A stretch of DNA of 64,000 nucleotides, from contig USFG01000003.1 of NCBI GenBank assembly GCA_900553855.1, forward strand, positions 12,630-76,629, written 5' to 3'. The position numbers were made by a program, and so were the translations under genes. Source of the DNA: an uncultured Mycoplasmatota bacterium (GTDB lineage: Bacteria; Bacillota_I; Bacilli_A; RF39; UBA660). Every line of letters begins with the position of its first letter. The stretch's first letter is position 1. Below the pieces are notes generated by a model. That model was not told where the DNA came from. It saw only the letters and a program-made list of their open reading frames with translations, and did no database searches. Positions 54,417-63,533 of the stretch are shown here, piece after piece.

Positions 54417-56054
54417 CTAATCAATTGTATATGGGTTTGTACTTGTACCTGTTCCACCAGTTATTTTTACACTTTGTTTTAAATAAAGCGTTGGATAAAC
54501 GGCCCATGCTGTAGATGTATTATCAGAATGAAAGGTATATTGTAAATTTTGAGGCGTGCTATAAACACTTAAAGCAGTATATCCATCGGTTGTTAATGAA
54601 GATAATGTCCAATAAAGACCAAAAGCATATAACCAATTATTAACACGGCAATTCGAAACAATTGATGTTGTATTTCTACAAGCTGCATTACTTGATGCGT
54701 AACCATAATCGGATGGATACATTAACCCTATTTTATCACTATAAAAATCAGTTCTTTCTGTATCATCTGTTATAGTACTTACATGACTTGTTCCTCTTTC
54801 TTCTACATATAAACTAGAAGCAGGTTTAGTTGGATTAGATAAACCTCCTAAATTCCATCTTACCGTTGCTATCTTATCAACATATTCATCTTTAATATTT
54901 TTACTATAATCATAAGATCCAGTTTGTTGTTCATTTTGACCATTAAACCATGTTGTTGTTCCTGTATTTGTTCCTAAATAATCATTATTTAATTCATTCA
55001 TTAAGTCAGCCTGACTCCATTCATTTATTCCATAACCAGAATTAATGCTTGATTTAGATGTATCCCATGAATAATTTCCTAAAGAAGAGCCCCTAACTAT
55101 TTTAATTAAACGTTCATATTTATTTGTTTCTTCATTATATACATTAAATACTCCTATTATTCTCCATGTTTCATTATTAAATGTAATATAATTATTTGGC
55201 TTAAGTCCTGTATATCTAATATTATCATAACTATCAAATTCAATATCAGCTAAAGTGTTATCAAGTAAAGACACATTATAAGATTTATTTTTATTACTTA
55301 ATAATGACATATTAAATTCGCCTGTTCCATCTTTTTGAAGTCCATCAATTGTTATTCCATTTGCATCTTTATCTCTTGTACTATATAAATCTGCAATATA
55401 ATTAGTTACTGAAAAATCATAATTAACTACTACTGCAGCATTAATACTCTTACCTTTTTCACTATCTTGATTTTCCCCATTATCCGGGAATTGAAATTTT
55501 AAATTAAATGTTATAGTTTGATCACTGGTTTTTGAAGGAAATACACCACTAACCATTTTTTGATAAATAGCATCTTTAGCTAAAGTTCCATGAGCATAAC
55601 CTATCTCAGTATCATGTCCTGGGATAGTTTGATTTGGTTCTCCAACAAAATCTGTTGTAATATCATCATTATTGCTACTCATCTTCTTTATATAATAGTG
55701 AATCATTCCATCACTAAATGAAGATATATACTTTAACCCCACTTCATAAGGCATTGGAAGTCCATCACTTGAACTTGTTCCTACTGTTGTATTTGATCCA
55801 GTTAAAGTAAATGTCTTATTAACCAATATTGCATTACTTGGTTGGATATTGGTTAATGGTACAATATTATCTGTTCCATCGTTGTAAGTAATAAGCATAC
55901 GACCTGTTTCAGATTTTATTTCAGCTGTTGATCCTTCGGGATTATTTGCTGTAAAGAACGCATATGTTATTCCTCCAAATGTGATTATTAATATTCCTAC
56001 AGTTAAAATTGTTATTATCGTAATTTTCTTGTTTTCCATAAAAAATTTCACCAT
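54417..56054 (-). CDS. Large secreted protein: TasA/camelysin-like signal and N-domain plus DUF6273-like C-terminal domain
   Basis: The N-terminus TFGGITYAFFTANN (compare SipW-type GGTFAYFSD) is followed by LITYNDGTDNIVPLTNIQPSNAILVNKTFTLTGSN. The C-terminal half has WRIIGVFNV..., YWTLSS..., WAVYPTLYLK and ends GGTGTSTNPYTID. Confidence 0.65.
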   Translation of the reverse strand: MVKFFMENKKITIITILTVGILIITFGGITYAFFTANNPEGSTAEIKSETGRMLITYNDGTDNIVPLTNIQPSNAILVNKTFTLTGSNTTVGTSSSDGLPMPYEVGLKYISSFSDGMIHYYIKKMSSNNDDITTDFVGEPNQTIPGHDTEIGYAHGTLAKDAIYQKMVSGVFPSKTSDQTITFNLKFQFPDNGENQDSEKGKSINAAVVVNYDFSVTNYIADLYSTRDKDANGITIDGLQKDGTGEFNMSLLSNKNKSYNVSLLDNTLADIEFDSYDNIRYTGLKPNNYITFNNETWRIIGVFNVYNEETNKYERLIKIVRGSSLGNYSWDTSKSSINSGYGINEWSQADLMNELNNDYLGTNTGTTTWFNGQNEQQTGSYDYSKNIKDEYVDKIATVRWNLGGLSNPTKPASSLYVEERGTSHVSTITDDTERTDFYSDKIGLMYPSDYGYASSNAACRNTTSIVSNCRVNNWLYAFGLYWTLSSLTTDGYTALSVYSTPQNLQYTFHSDNTSTAWAVYPTLYLKQSVKITGGTGTSTNPYTID

Positions 56055-56123
56055 ATCCTATAGTGAAATTATAAAACTTAATTGGCTCCTTAGTCAATTA
56101 CTTAATTTAATTTTTTACATATA

Positions 56124-57380
56124 TTACTCTACTTCACCGTAAACATTGCAGTTGTCAACTTTAATTATTTTTACATTATAAAATTTATTGTGTTCTAATT
56201 TTTTATTAATGATAACTTTAATATAATTATCAGTATGGCCAGTACAATATTTATCAAATACTTCTTCAACTAAAACACTTAAAGTTTTGTCTATAAATTT
56301 ATTATAGTATTCATTTTCTAATTTATTAGATAATGTAATCATTTTATGAGTACGTTCTTTTTTCTCAGTGTCAGTAACTATACTTTTCATTTTAGCAGCT
56401 ACTGTTCCATCTCTTTTTGAATATGGGAATACATGAATTTTTCCAAATTTAATTTCTTTAGCGTTGTTATAACTTTCTAAAAAGTCTTCTTTTGTTTCGG
56501 TTGGAAAGCCAACTATTAAATCTGTTGTTATATTAATATCTGGTCTAACTTCTCTTATTTTATTAATTATTTCTTTAAATTTATTCATATCATATTTACG
56601 GTTCATTTTCTTTAGGGTATTATCACAGGCTGCTTGAACCGGTATATGCATATGATTACATATTTTATTATTGTTCTTTAATTCTTTTAAGAATTCATCA
56701 TTAATTTCGGTTGCTTCAATACTGCTAATTCTAATTCTTTCTAATTTATCATTTTTGCTTATTTCTTGAATTAATTTAACTAATTCAGGATAACTTCCTG
56801 TATGAATTCCAGTTAAGACAATTTCTTTAAACCCATTATTAACTAATGTATTTATTTCATTTATGGCATCATTTAAATCTTTATTTCTAATTGTTCCTCT
56901 TAAGTAAGGAATAATACAATAAGAACAATAATTATTACAACCATCTTGAATTTTAACGAACGCTCTTGTTCTCTCACTATAATTATCTAAACTCATTTTT
57001 TCAAAATCAGTATTAATCATATTATAATAATTAATTATTTGTTTGTTATCATAATTATTTACATAATCAAAGATTTTAGATTTGTCTTTATTTCCAATTA
57101 AAATATCGGCTCCTAAATCTTTTAGTTCATCTTGATGATTTTGGCTAGAACATCCACAAACAACTAAAATAGCATTTTTATTATTTTTTCTGGCATTACG
57201 AATTACTTTTCTACTTTTAGCATCACTTTGATTTGTTACTGAACAAGTATTTACTACTATTACATTTGCATCACTTAAATTATCTGCTAATTCATAACCA
57301 TTTCTTAAAAATTCTTCTTTTATAACTTCGGATTCATAAGTATTAACTTTACACCCTAATGTTTCAATAAATATTTTCAT
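56124..57380 (-). CDS. mtaB: MiaB-like tRNA methylthiotransferase (MtaB/YqeV type)
   Basis: UPF0004 N-domain (TLGCKVNTYESE, NTCSVT), radical SAM CNNYCSYC, and a C-terminal TRAM-like segment. Confidence 0.78.
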   Translation of the reverse strand: MKIFIETLGCKVNTYESEVIKEEFLRNGYELADNLSDANVIVVNTCSVTNQSDAKSRKVIRNARKNNKNAILVVCGCSSQNHQDELKDLGADILIGNKDKSKIFDYVNNYDNKQIINYYNMINTDFEKMSLDNYSERTRAFVKIQDGCNNYCSYCIIPYLRGTIRNKDLNDAINEINTLVNNGFKEIVLTGIHTGSYPELVKLIQEISKNDKLERIRISSIEATEINDEFLKELKNNNKICNHMHIPVQAACDNTLKKMNRKYDMNKFKEIINKIREVRPDINITTDLIVGFPTETKEDFLESYNNAKEIKFGKIHVFPYSKRDGTVAAKMKSIVTDTEKKERTHKMITLSNKLENEYYNKFIDKTLSVLVEEVFDKYCTGHTDNYIKVIINKKLEHNKFYNVKIIKVDNCNVYGEVE

Positions 57381-57392
57381 AACATCACCTTT

Positions 57393-58373
57393 TTATTTTT
57401 TATATATTTTTAATTTTGGCATTGTTGTATATGTTAAACTTTCATTATTTTCTTCATAATTATGACTATTCTCTTTACCCAAATAATCATTTTCTAAAAT
57501 ACCATTTAGAAGTTCTACATCAAATTCATATTGTCTATTTATATAAATATTTTTAATATTTATATCTATTTCATTATTTAAATCAGTTATATTTTCGGAT
57601 ATATTATTTGTTTTTGTTAAATCATTATACTCGTTTAAAACTTTTCCAGCATTGACATAATTATTTATTTGATTTATTAAGTTTATTGATAATAAAGAAC
57701 TACCAATTAAGCAAGTCAACATAGGTGGAATTGATAGTAAGTTATAATAAAGTGAACCTAATATTGTAAATAACACTATTAAAGGACTACTTATAAGTAA
57801 TTTTTTAATTATATTTTTTAAAGAATATTCTTTTTTTATTTCTAAAATACTTTTCTTTTTAGATGCTTTATTAATATTATTAATACTATTATTTATTACA
57901 TCTTCATATTTTTCTATATCTAAGTCATTATTTGAAAATGAAAAATAATGTTCAATATTAAATTTAGGCATTCCATTATCATTATCATATTTTTTATTTA
58001 ATAATTCTAATTCGCTATCAATCAATTTATCTTTACATACTTCTTTATTATATGATATTAAACTATTTAGTTGGTTCTTGATATGATTGTTTTTATGGGA
58101 ATATATTTTTCTTAATATGTTTTTTTGTAATTCATAACTTAAAATTCCTACAATTAAATATGTTATTATAGATGATTTAAATGTCAAAAAATAATTAAAT
58201 GGTAATAATAAAGATATTATGGCAGTTAATATAAAACTACAATTTAATGAATTAATTTTATTTAATATCTTTTGTTTTCTTAAATTCTTTTGATAATATA
58301 AAATCTTATTTTGAACTTTTGTTTTTTCTTTTCTTTTTTCTTCTATCATTAAATTTATTTTATTTTTATTCAT
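57393..58373 (-). CDS. Hypothetical polytopic membrane protein
   Basis: 326 aa. Two pairs of TM helices separated by a polar/coiled region. No recognisable family. Confidence 0.45.
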   Translation of the reverse strand: MNKNKINLMIEEKRKEKTKVQNKILYYQKNLRKQKILNKINSLNCSFILTAIISLLLPFNYFLTFKSSIITYLIVGILSYELQKNILRKIYSHKNNHIKNQLNSLISYNKEVCKDKLIDSELELLNKKYDNDNGMPKFNIEHYFSFSNNDLDIEKYEDVINNSINNINKASKKKSILEIKKEYSLKNIIKKLLISSPLIVLFTILGSLYYNLLSIPPMLTCLIGSSLLSINLINQINNYVNAGKVLNEYNDLTKTNNISENITDLNNEIDINIKNIYINRQYEFDVELLNGILENDYLGKENSHNYEENNESLTYTTMPKLKIYKK

Positions 58374-58444
58374 ATTAAAATCCCCTTACCAAAATATTAA
58401 AATTGCTAATGAAGATATTATCACAAATATATAAAAAAAGCAAA

Positions 58445-58933
58445 CTAACTTAGCTTGCTTTGCAAATCTTTTAATACTTTTAAAAACTCTTCTTCTTTTT
58501 CATAATCTATCAATTTAACTTCAATTTTTGGATCAACAATTTTTATTTTACCAGTACCCTCTAAATCAATTTTTTTAATATCTAAATCAGGTTCAGTATT
58601 AGAGAAATTATCATCGTAAGTAACTACATTCATTTCTCTAGTTTTAACAAGTTCATCATAACTTATAATGGCATTATTTTCTTGCTCTTCTTCATAACTT
58701 GTTAATTTAATGTTTGGCGGTGCTGGTTTGTAATTTTCTTCTAAATTCTTAGTAACTTTACTAATATCAAATTTTTCTTCTTTTTTCTTTGGTAATTCTT
58801 CAGGTTCTGTTTTAAGTAAATAAATAATATAAATAAATAAAACGATTAATAAAAATGTACCTATAAAGAAGAAATAATCTCCCATACTAAGTGAATACAT
58901 AAAACCAAATAAATCTTTTATTGTTTCTTTCAT
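58445..58933 (-). CDS. Hypothetical bitopic membrane protein
   Basis: 162 aa. N-terminal TM helix (YFFFIGTFLLIVLFIYIIYLL) and an acidic C-terminal part. Confidence 0.45.
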   Translation of the reverse strand: MKETIKDLFGFMYSLSMGDYFFFIGTFLLIVLFIYIIYLLKTEPEELPKKKEEKFDISKVTKNLEENYKPAPPNIKLTSYEEEQENNAIISYDELVKTREMNVVTYDDNFSNTEPDLDIKKIDLEGTGKIKIVDPKIEVKLIDYEKEEEFLKVLKDLQSKLS

Positions 58934-58969
58934 AATAAACTCCAGTTTCTAAATATTATATATTTTCTT

Positions 58970-59671
58970 TTATAAGAGTGCAAGACTTATTATCATACTA
59001 AATAAATTATTTAAAGCATGAATAAATATTACAAACCAAATATTTTCTGTTTCAGTATAAATATATGCTAGATAAAAGCCCATAGCAACATATGTAATTG
59101 AATAAATAAGCGCTAGAGATGTTGGTAAATCAGTTGGAAAGATATGCATCATTCCAAAGAATAAACCACTTACTAGAATAAATAAATATTTATTGTTAAA
59201 GACTTTTCTAATTGATAATCTAAAAATTCCTTCTTCAACAAATGGGGCTAATATACATGTATTTATTATCATTAATAAAGGTTCAGCACTAACAAGTTTC
59301 ATTACAGCTTCTTGATTTTCGCTTTCACCTAATGTATAGTTTAAAGCAAAGGAAAGAATAGATGAAATTAAAGCAGTCCCTATTTTAAGTGCTATAAATA
59401 AAGCAAAATAACTTATTATTTTTCTAATATTATCTTTGGAATTCAACTTAAATATTTTATAATCTTTTTTAAATTCTTTATTGTATAGAAGCATCACTAC
59501 TACAAATAGTATTAGTTCTATTAACACATTAAAGTAAGTGTAATCTTTATAATTAAAAGTATTATAATTAATTCCTACTAAATTAAATAGCAACGCAATT
59601 AAATAACTTAAGTTAAAAAATAATATAAAACATAATAATAATTTTAATAAATATTTGATATCTTTCTTCAT
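58970..59671 (-). CDS. CPBP-family (CAAX-like) intramembrane glutamic metalloprotease
   Basis: Motifs EEGIFR, FFGMMH and HALNN within a polytopic membrane protein. Confidence 0.8.
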   Translation of the reverse strand: MKKDIKYLLKLLLCFILFFNLSYLIALLFNLVGINYNTFNYKDYTYFNVLIELILFVVVMLLYNKEFKKDYKIFKLNSKDNIRKIISYFALFIALKIGTALISSILSFALNYTLGESENQEAVMKLVSAEPLLMIINTCILAPFVEEGIFRLSIRKVFNNKYLFILVSGLFFGMMHIFPTDLPTSLALIYSITYVAMGFYLAYIYTETENIWFVIFIHALNNLFSMIISLALL

Positions 59672-59678
59672 ATTAACC

Positions 59679-60380
59679 TCACAAAAATCTTCTCATTAAT
59701 ATGCTCGTAAATAATTCATATAAAGTATATGAAATTATACTATAGCCTATATTATTATTCTTTTTATATATAAAACTTAGTATATTAAATAATAAATAAT
59801 AAGGTATCATATTAATTAGTATATATCCAATCGAAGCATTGAAATGACACATAACATATATTGCATATAAAGAGTATAATAATCCACTAAAGAACATTCC
59901 GGTCTTTTTGGAACACATATTATTTATTCCTAAAACAAATACGACTACTTTAATAAATGGAACTATGATAATATCTTTAATAATTATTACTATTAAATCA
60001 AAACTAAATTGATAATCAAAAATATTGATAAAACTTAATCCTTCATAAGTTATATTAAATCCTTTAGCTAATGCAACAACCAAATAATTTATAATCATCA
60101 TTGCAATAAATAAAACGATAAAACAAATAATACTATAAAAGATATTGGTTGTTAATTTGTGCTTATATTTAGCAAATGCAGCTGTAATTTCACTTTTATA
60201 AATTATAAATATGATTATAAATATTAAAATATAAACAATTAATGAAACAATACTTTTACTATTAATACTTAATTTAAGTAAATCTAATAGCTTATAAAAA
60301 TATTCTTCAGTAAATGTAATAACTAGTACACTTAATATTAATTTGATTAAATTTACTAAAAAATCTTTCATTTTTACCAC
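59679..60380 (-). CDS. CPBP-like polytopic membrane protein lacking the catalytic motifs
   Basis: Same size and topology as the adjacent CPBP protease, but no EExxxR or HxxxN motif is recognisable. Confidence 0.45.
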   Translation of the reverse strand: MVKMKDFLVNLIKLILSVLVITFTEEYFYKLLDLLKLSINSKSIVSLIVYILIFIIIFIIYKSEITAAFAKYKHKLTTNIFYSIICFIVLFIAMMIINYLVVALAKGFNITYEGLSFINIFDYQFSFDLIVIIIKDIIIVPFIKVVVFVLGINNMCSKKTGMFFSGLLYSLYAIYVMCHFNASIGYILINMIPYYLLFNILSFIYKKNNNIGYSIISYTLYELFTSILMRRFL

Positions 60381-60444
60381 CTAAAATTATTATATTATAC
60401 TTTACATTACATTACACTTATTAAATGTAAAGAAATGTAAATTT

Positions 60445-61098
60445 TTACAAATTGTTTACATTAGATTTTAAGATAGTATAAATTTTTCCATTTTTGTAAA
60501 AAGCATAGAATATATCTTCTAGGTTAATATTTTGTTTTCTTAAATATAATTTAATCCATATTTTGTTTTTACGAATATTTTTTAAGGTGTTTTCTTGAAT
60601 AACTCCATCAACTATAATTGGTGCTGGATAGGCAGAATCAGTTTTAAATAAATTATATTTAAAAATACTAAGTTTGCCATTACTTTCTAAAAAAGCATAT
60701 TCAACATCTTCAATTGATTTAATTGATGCTTGTCTTAAACTGACTAATAAATCGTCTAGACTATATCTTTGTTTAATCATTTCTTTGTAATTTATAACTC
60801 CATGATTAATAATTACTGATGGCTTAGAAGTGAAGACTTGCCTAAACCATCTTGATTTAGTAGAAAGATATGCAAGTGCTACTTCAATTACTACTAATAG
60901 ACTTATAGGAGCAATCGTGAGCATTATTGATTTATCAACATTTTCAACACTTATTGCAACTAACTCTGCAATTAAGATTGATACGATTAAATCGACTATT
61001 CCTAGTTGACCCACTTCTCTTTTTCCCATAATTCGGTAAGCAAATGTAACAAAAAAATAAAAGAATAATGTTCGTAATACAGTTGTTAATAATTCCAT
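60445..61098 (-). CDS. DUF421 (YetF-like) membrane protein
   Basis: MGKREVGQLGIVDLIVSILIAELV and a C-terminal soluble domain typical of the YetF/YrbG-type DUF421 family. Confidence 0.75.
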   Translation of the reverse strand: MELLTTVLRTLFFYFFVTFAYRIMGKREVGQLGIVDLIVSILIAELVAISVENVDKSIMLTIAPISLLVVIEVALAYLSTKSRWFRQVFTSKPSVIINHGVINYKEMIKQRYSLDDLLVSLRQASIKSIEDVEYAFLESNGKLSIFKYNLFKTDSAYPAPIIVDGVIQENTLKNIRKNKIWIKLYLRKQNINLEDIFYAFYKNGKIYTILKSNVNNL

Positions 61099-61143
61099 AT
61101 CATCACCAACTATATTATGGGTTATATTCTTTTATTTTAATCA

Positions 61144-62913
61144 TTATAAATCATATTTAATATTTTTATTTTGAATAATTTCTTTTATTTTACTTAAGAA
61201 TTCATCTTTATCTAAAGTAATATTTTCAGTTGTACCATGTAGTCTAACTGTTACAGTATTAGCATCTCTTTCTTTATCTCCAATAATTATTGTATATGGT
61301 ACTTTCTTTGTTTGACTTTCTCTCATTTTATATGTTAGTTTCTCATTGCGATCATCTAATTTTACACGGATGTTTGCTTCTTCTAACATTTTTTCTATTT
61401 CCTTAGCGTATTCTAAATGATATTCATTGTTAACGGGAATAATATTAACTTGTACTGGAGCAAGCCAAACAGGAAGTGCTCCTTTAGTTTCTTCTAGGAT
61501 ATAAGCCATAAAACGATCAAGTGAGCCTAATATTGCACGATGTAATACGACAGGAGTTTTTCTTTCACCATTTTCATCAATATATTTTAGATTAAATTTA
61601 GCTGGTAAACAGAAATCTAATTGACAAGTTGATAATGTATATTCTGCTCCAACTGCTGGTTTAACATTAACATCTAACTTAGGTCCGTAAAAGGCAGCTT
61701 CTCCAATTTCTTCAGTATATTTAATACCTAACTCATTTAAAACTTCTCTAAGTTCATTTTCAGCCTTATTCCACATTTCATCATCTGGATGATACTTTTC
61801 TTTATCTTCAGGATCTCTTAAAGATAATACGCAACGATAATCTTTAATACCAAAATCTTTATAAACATCAAATATTAAATCAACAACACTCTTAAATTCA
61901 GATTTAATTTGATCAGGTGTTACGAAAAGATGGGCATCATTTTGACAAAAGTGTCTTCCTCTTTCAATACCTTTAACTGCTCCACTTGCTTCATATCTAA
62001 AGTCATGAGCAATTTCACCAATACGAATTGGTAAATCTTTATAAGAATGTAATTTATTAGAATAAATCATCATATGGTGAGGACAATTCATTGGTCTTAA
62101 TACGAATGCTTCACCGTCAAGTTCCATAGCTGGAAACATATTTTCTTTGTAATGATCCCAGTGTCCGCTTGTCTTGTATAATTCTACATTACCAACACAT
62201 GGTGTAAGTACATGTAAATATCCTAATTTTCTTTCTTTTTCTTTAATATAATTTTCAAGTTCTTGCCAAATAATATATCCATTAGGTAAAAACATTGGAA
62301 GTCCTCTACCAACTAAATCATCAGACATAAATAAATCTAAATCTTTACCTATTTTACGATGATCTCTTTCTTCAGCATCCTTAAGTTCTTGCATGTAATT
62401 ATCAAGTTCTTCTTCTGTTGGAAAGCATACTCCATAAATTCTTTGAAGCATTTGGTTTTTAGAATCGCCTTTCCAATAAGCACCACTAACTTTTAATAAT
62501 TTAAAATGTTTAAGTAATTTAACAGTTTCAACATGTGGTCCACGGCAAAGGTCGGTAAAATCTCCTTGTGTATACATACTTATTACAGTATTATCTTCGT
62601 CCATACGAGTGATTAAATCTATTTTATATGGATCATCTTTAAATTTTTCTAATGCTTCTTGTTTTGTAATTTCTTCTCTAACAATTCTTTTACCATCTTT
62701 AGCTATTTTTTTCATTTCTTTTTCAATAACTGGTAAATCTTCATTTGTTAATGTTACATCACCTAAATCAATATCGTAGTAGAATCCACTTTCTACAACT
62801 GGTCCAACCCAAAACTTTGCATTTGGATATAAATGTTTAACTGCTTGGGCAAGTAAATGGGCACATGAATGATTCATTACACTTAAATTTTCATTTTCTT
62901 TAATATTTATCAT
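61144..62913 (-). CDS. thrS: Threonine-tRNA ligase (no N-terminal TGS domain)
   Basis: HSCAHLL (editing-domain HxxxH), class II core FRYEASGAVKGIERGRHFCQNDAHLF, and an anticodon-binding C-terminus. Start set at ATG 62913 behind GAAGGAAG, because the track's upstream extension runs through the T-box terminator. Confidence 0.93.
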   Translation of the reverse strand: MINIKENENLSVMNHSCAHLLAQAVKHLYPNAKFWVGPVVESGFYYDIDLGDVTLTNEDLPVIEKEMKKIAKDGKRIVREEITKQEALEKFKDDPYKIDLITRMDEDNTVISMYTQGDFTDLCRGPHVETVKLLKHFKLLKVSGAYWKGDSKNQMLQRIYGVCFPTEEELDNYMQELKDAEERDHRKIGKDLDLFMSDDLVGRGLPMFLPNGYIIWQELENYIKEKERKLGYLHVLTPCVGNVELYKTSGHWDHYKENMFPAMELDGEAFVLRPMNCPHHMMIYSNKLHSYKDLPIRIGEIAHDFRYEASGAVKGIERGRHFCQNDAHLFVTPDQIKSEFKSVVDLIFDVYKDFGIKDYRCVLSLRDPEDKEKYHPDDEMWNKAENELREVLNELGIKYTEEIGEAAFYGPKLDVNVKPAVGAEYTLSTCQLDFCLPAKFNLKYIDENGERKTPVVLHRAILGSLDRFMAYILEETKGALPVWLAPVQVNIIPVNNEYHLEYAKEIEKMLEEANIRVKLDDRNEKLTYKMRESQTKKVPYTIIIGDKERDANTVTVRLHGTTENITLDKDEFLSKIKEIIQNKNIKYDL

Positions 62914-63125
62914 TTTTCTTCCTTCTTTCTTAACAAAAAAAGGATAGTAACAGGCGTCTTTTAAAGACGGTACCATCCTTGATTTATCTTTTTATAATTC
63001 TTAACGGGAATAACTCGGATATTATTATATCTCTCAAAAGGTAGTAATTATTAATAACTCAATAAGTTTTCACCAACCACTTACTCTCTATGATTTGTTA
63101 ACTAATAATCATGTCCTTTATCACT
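62914..63125 (-). promoter_or_regulatory. T-box riboswitch leader of thrS
   Basis: On the minus strand there is a Stem I AGAGAG box (63089-63084) followed by GGTTGGTGAAA, and Thr codons ACU ACC (63045-63040) in the region where a specifier is expected. The T-box sequence is AAGGATGGTACCGTC (about 62987-62966). A terminator hairpin GGATGGTACCGTCTT/AAGACGCCTGTTACTATCC plus T7 spans about 62980-62934. Confidence 0.8.
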
Positions 63126-63183
63126 GATTTCTTAAATAATTTATCACTTTTTATTTATTTTAGCAATATATCTTTCAAACTTA

Positions 63184-63212
63184 TTGTAAAAAAATTTATA
63201 ATTTGGTATTAT
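63184..63212 (+). promoter_or_regulatory. Sigma-A-type promoter of antisense sRNA, copy 2
   Basis: TTGTAA (63184-63189), a 17-nt spacer, then TATTAT (63207-63212). Confidence 0.4.
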
Positions 63213-63219
63213 GAATATG

Positions 63220-63320
63220 TAAGCAAGACTTACATAAAATAAAAAAGGAACATCTAATTTGGAAGTTAAGATGGTTACCTTAAGTAACGTACCAAAACCC
63301 CTTGAGTTTTGGCTTTTTTA
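63220..63320 (+). ncRNA. Candidate antisense sRNA (antitoxin-like), copy 2
   Basis: Has a 5' stem-loop GTAAG/CTTAC followed by AAAAAAGGAACAT, ~90% identical to copy 1. Ends at stem CCAAAAC/GTTTTGG (63292-63298 / 63306-63312) plus T6, directly abutting the stop codon of the convergent peptide ORF. Confidence 0.45.
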
Positions 63321-63410
63321 TTAATTAGCTACTTTAAATAGTAAGATAATTAATAAAATTATTATTATGAATAAATTGATTATTATAAAATATAACATCT
63401 TTTTGCTCAT
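63321..63410 (-). CDS. 29-aa hydrophobic peptide, candidate type I toxin (copy 2)
   Basis: Not in the ORF track. SD GGTGGT (63420-63415) precedes ATG 63410. The product is MSKKMLYFIIINLFIIIILLIILLFKVAN. The promoter TTGACA-N17-TAATAT lies at 63506-63478. Confidence 0.45.
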   Translation of the reverse strand: MSKKMLYFIIINLFIIIILLIILLFKVAN

Positions 63411-63477
63411 AACTACCACCAGCTTTCTTTTGAAATTTAGTGGTAACCACCAAAACAATTAGTTGTTCCTGTTTAAT

Positions 63478-63506
63478 ATATTATCAAACACATATTCGTG
63501 TGTCAA
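63478..63506 (-). promoter_or_regulatory. Sigma-A-type promoter of the small-peptide gene, copy 2
   Basis: On the minus strand: TTGACA (63506-63501), a 17-nt spacer, then TAATAT (63483-63478). Confidence 0.45.
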
Positions 63507-63533
63507 TATTTTAAATACGAAATATCACATTAA

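Noticed and set aside
62914-62976. The 21-codon N-terminal extension of thrS given in the ORF track (MVPSLKDACYYPFFVKKEGRK).
   Set aside because: It would be translated from the T-box terminator hairpin and T-tract and has no SD. ATG 62913 has a GAAGGAAG SD and gives a normal ThrRS N-terminus.
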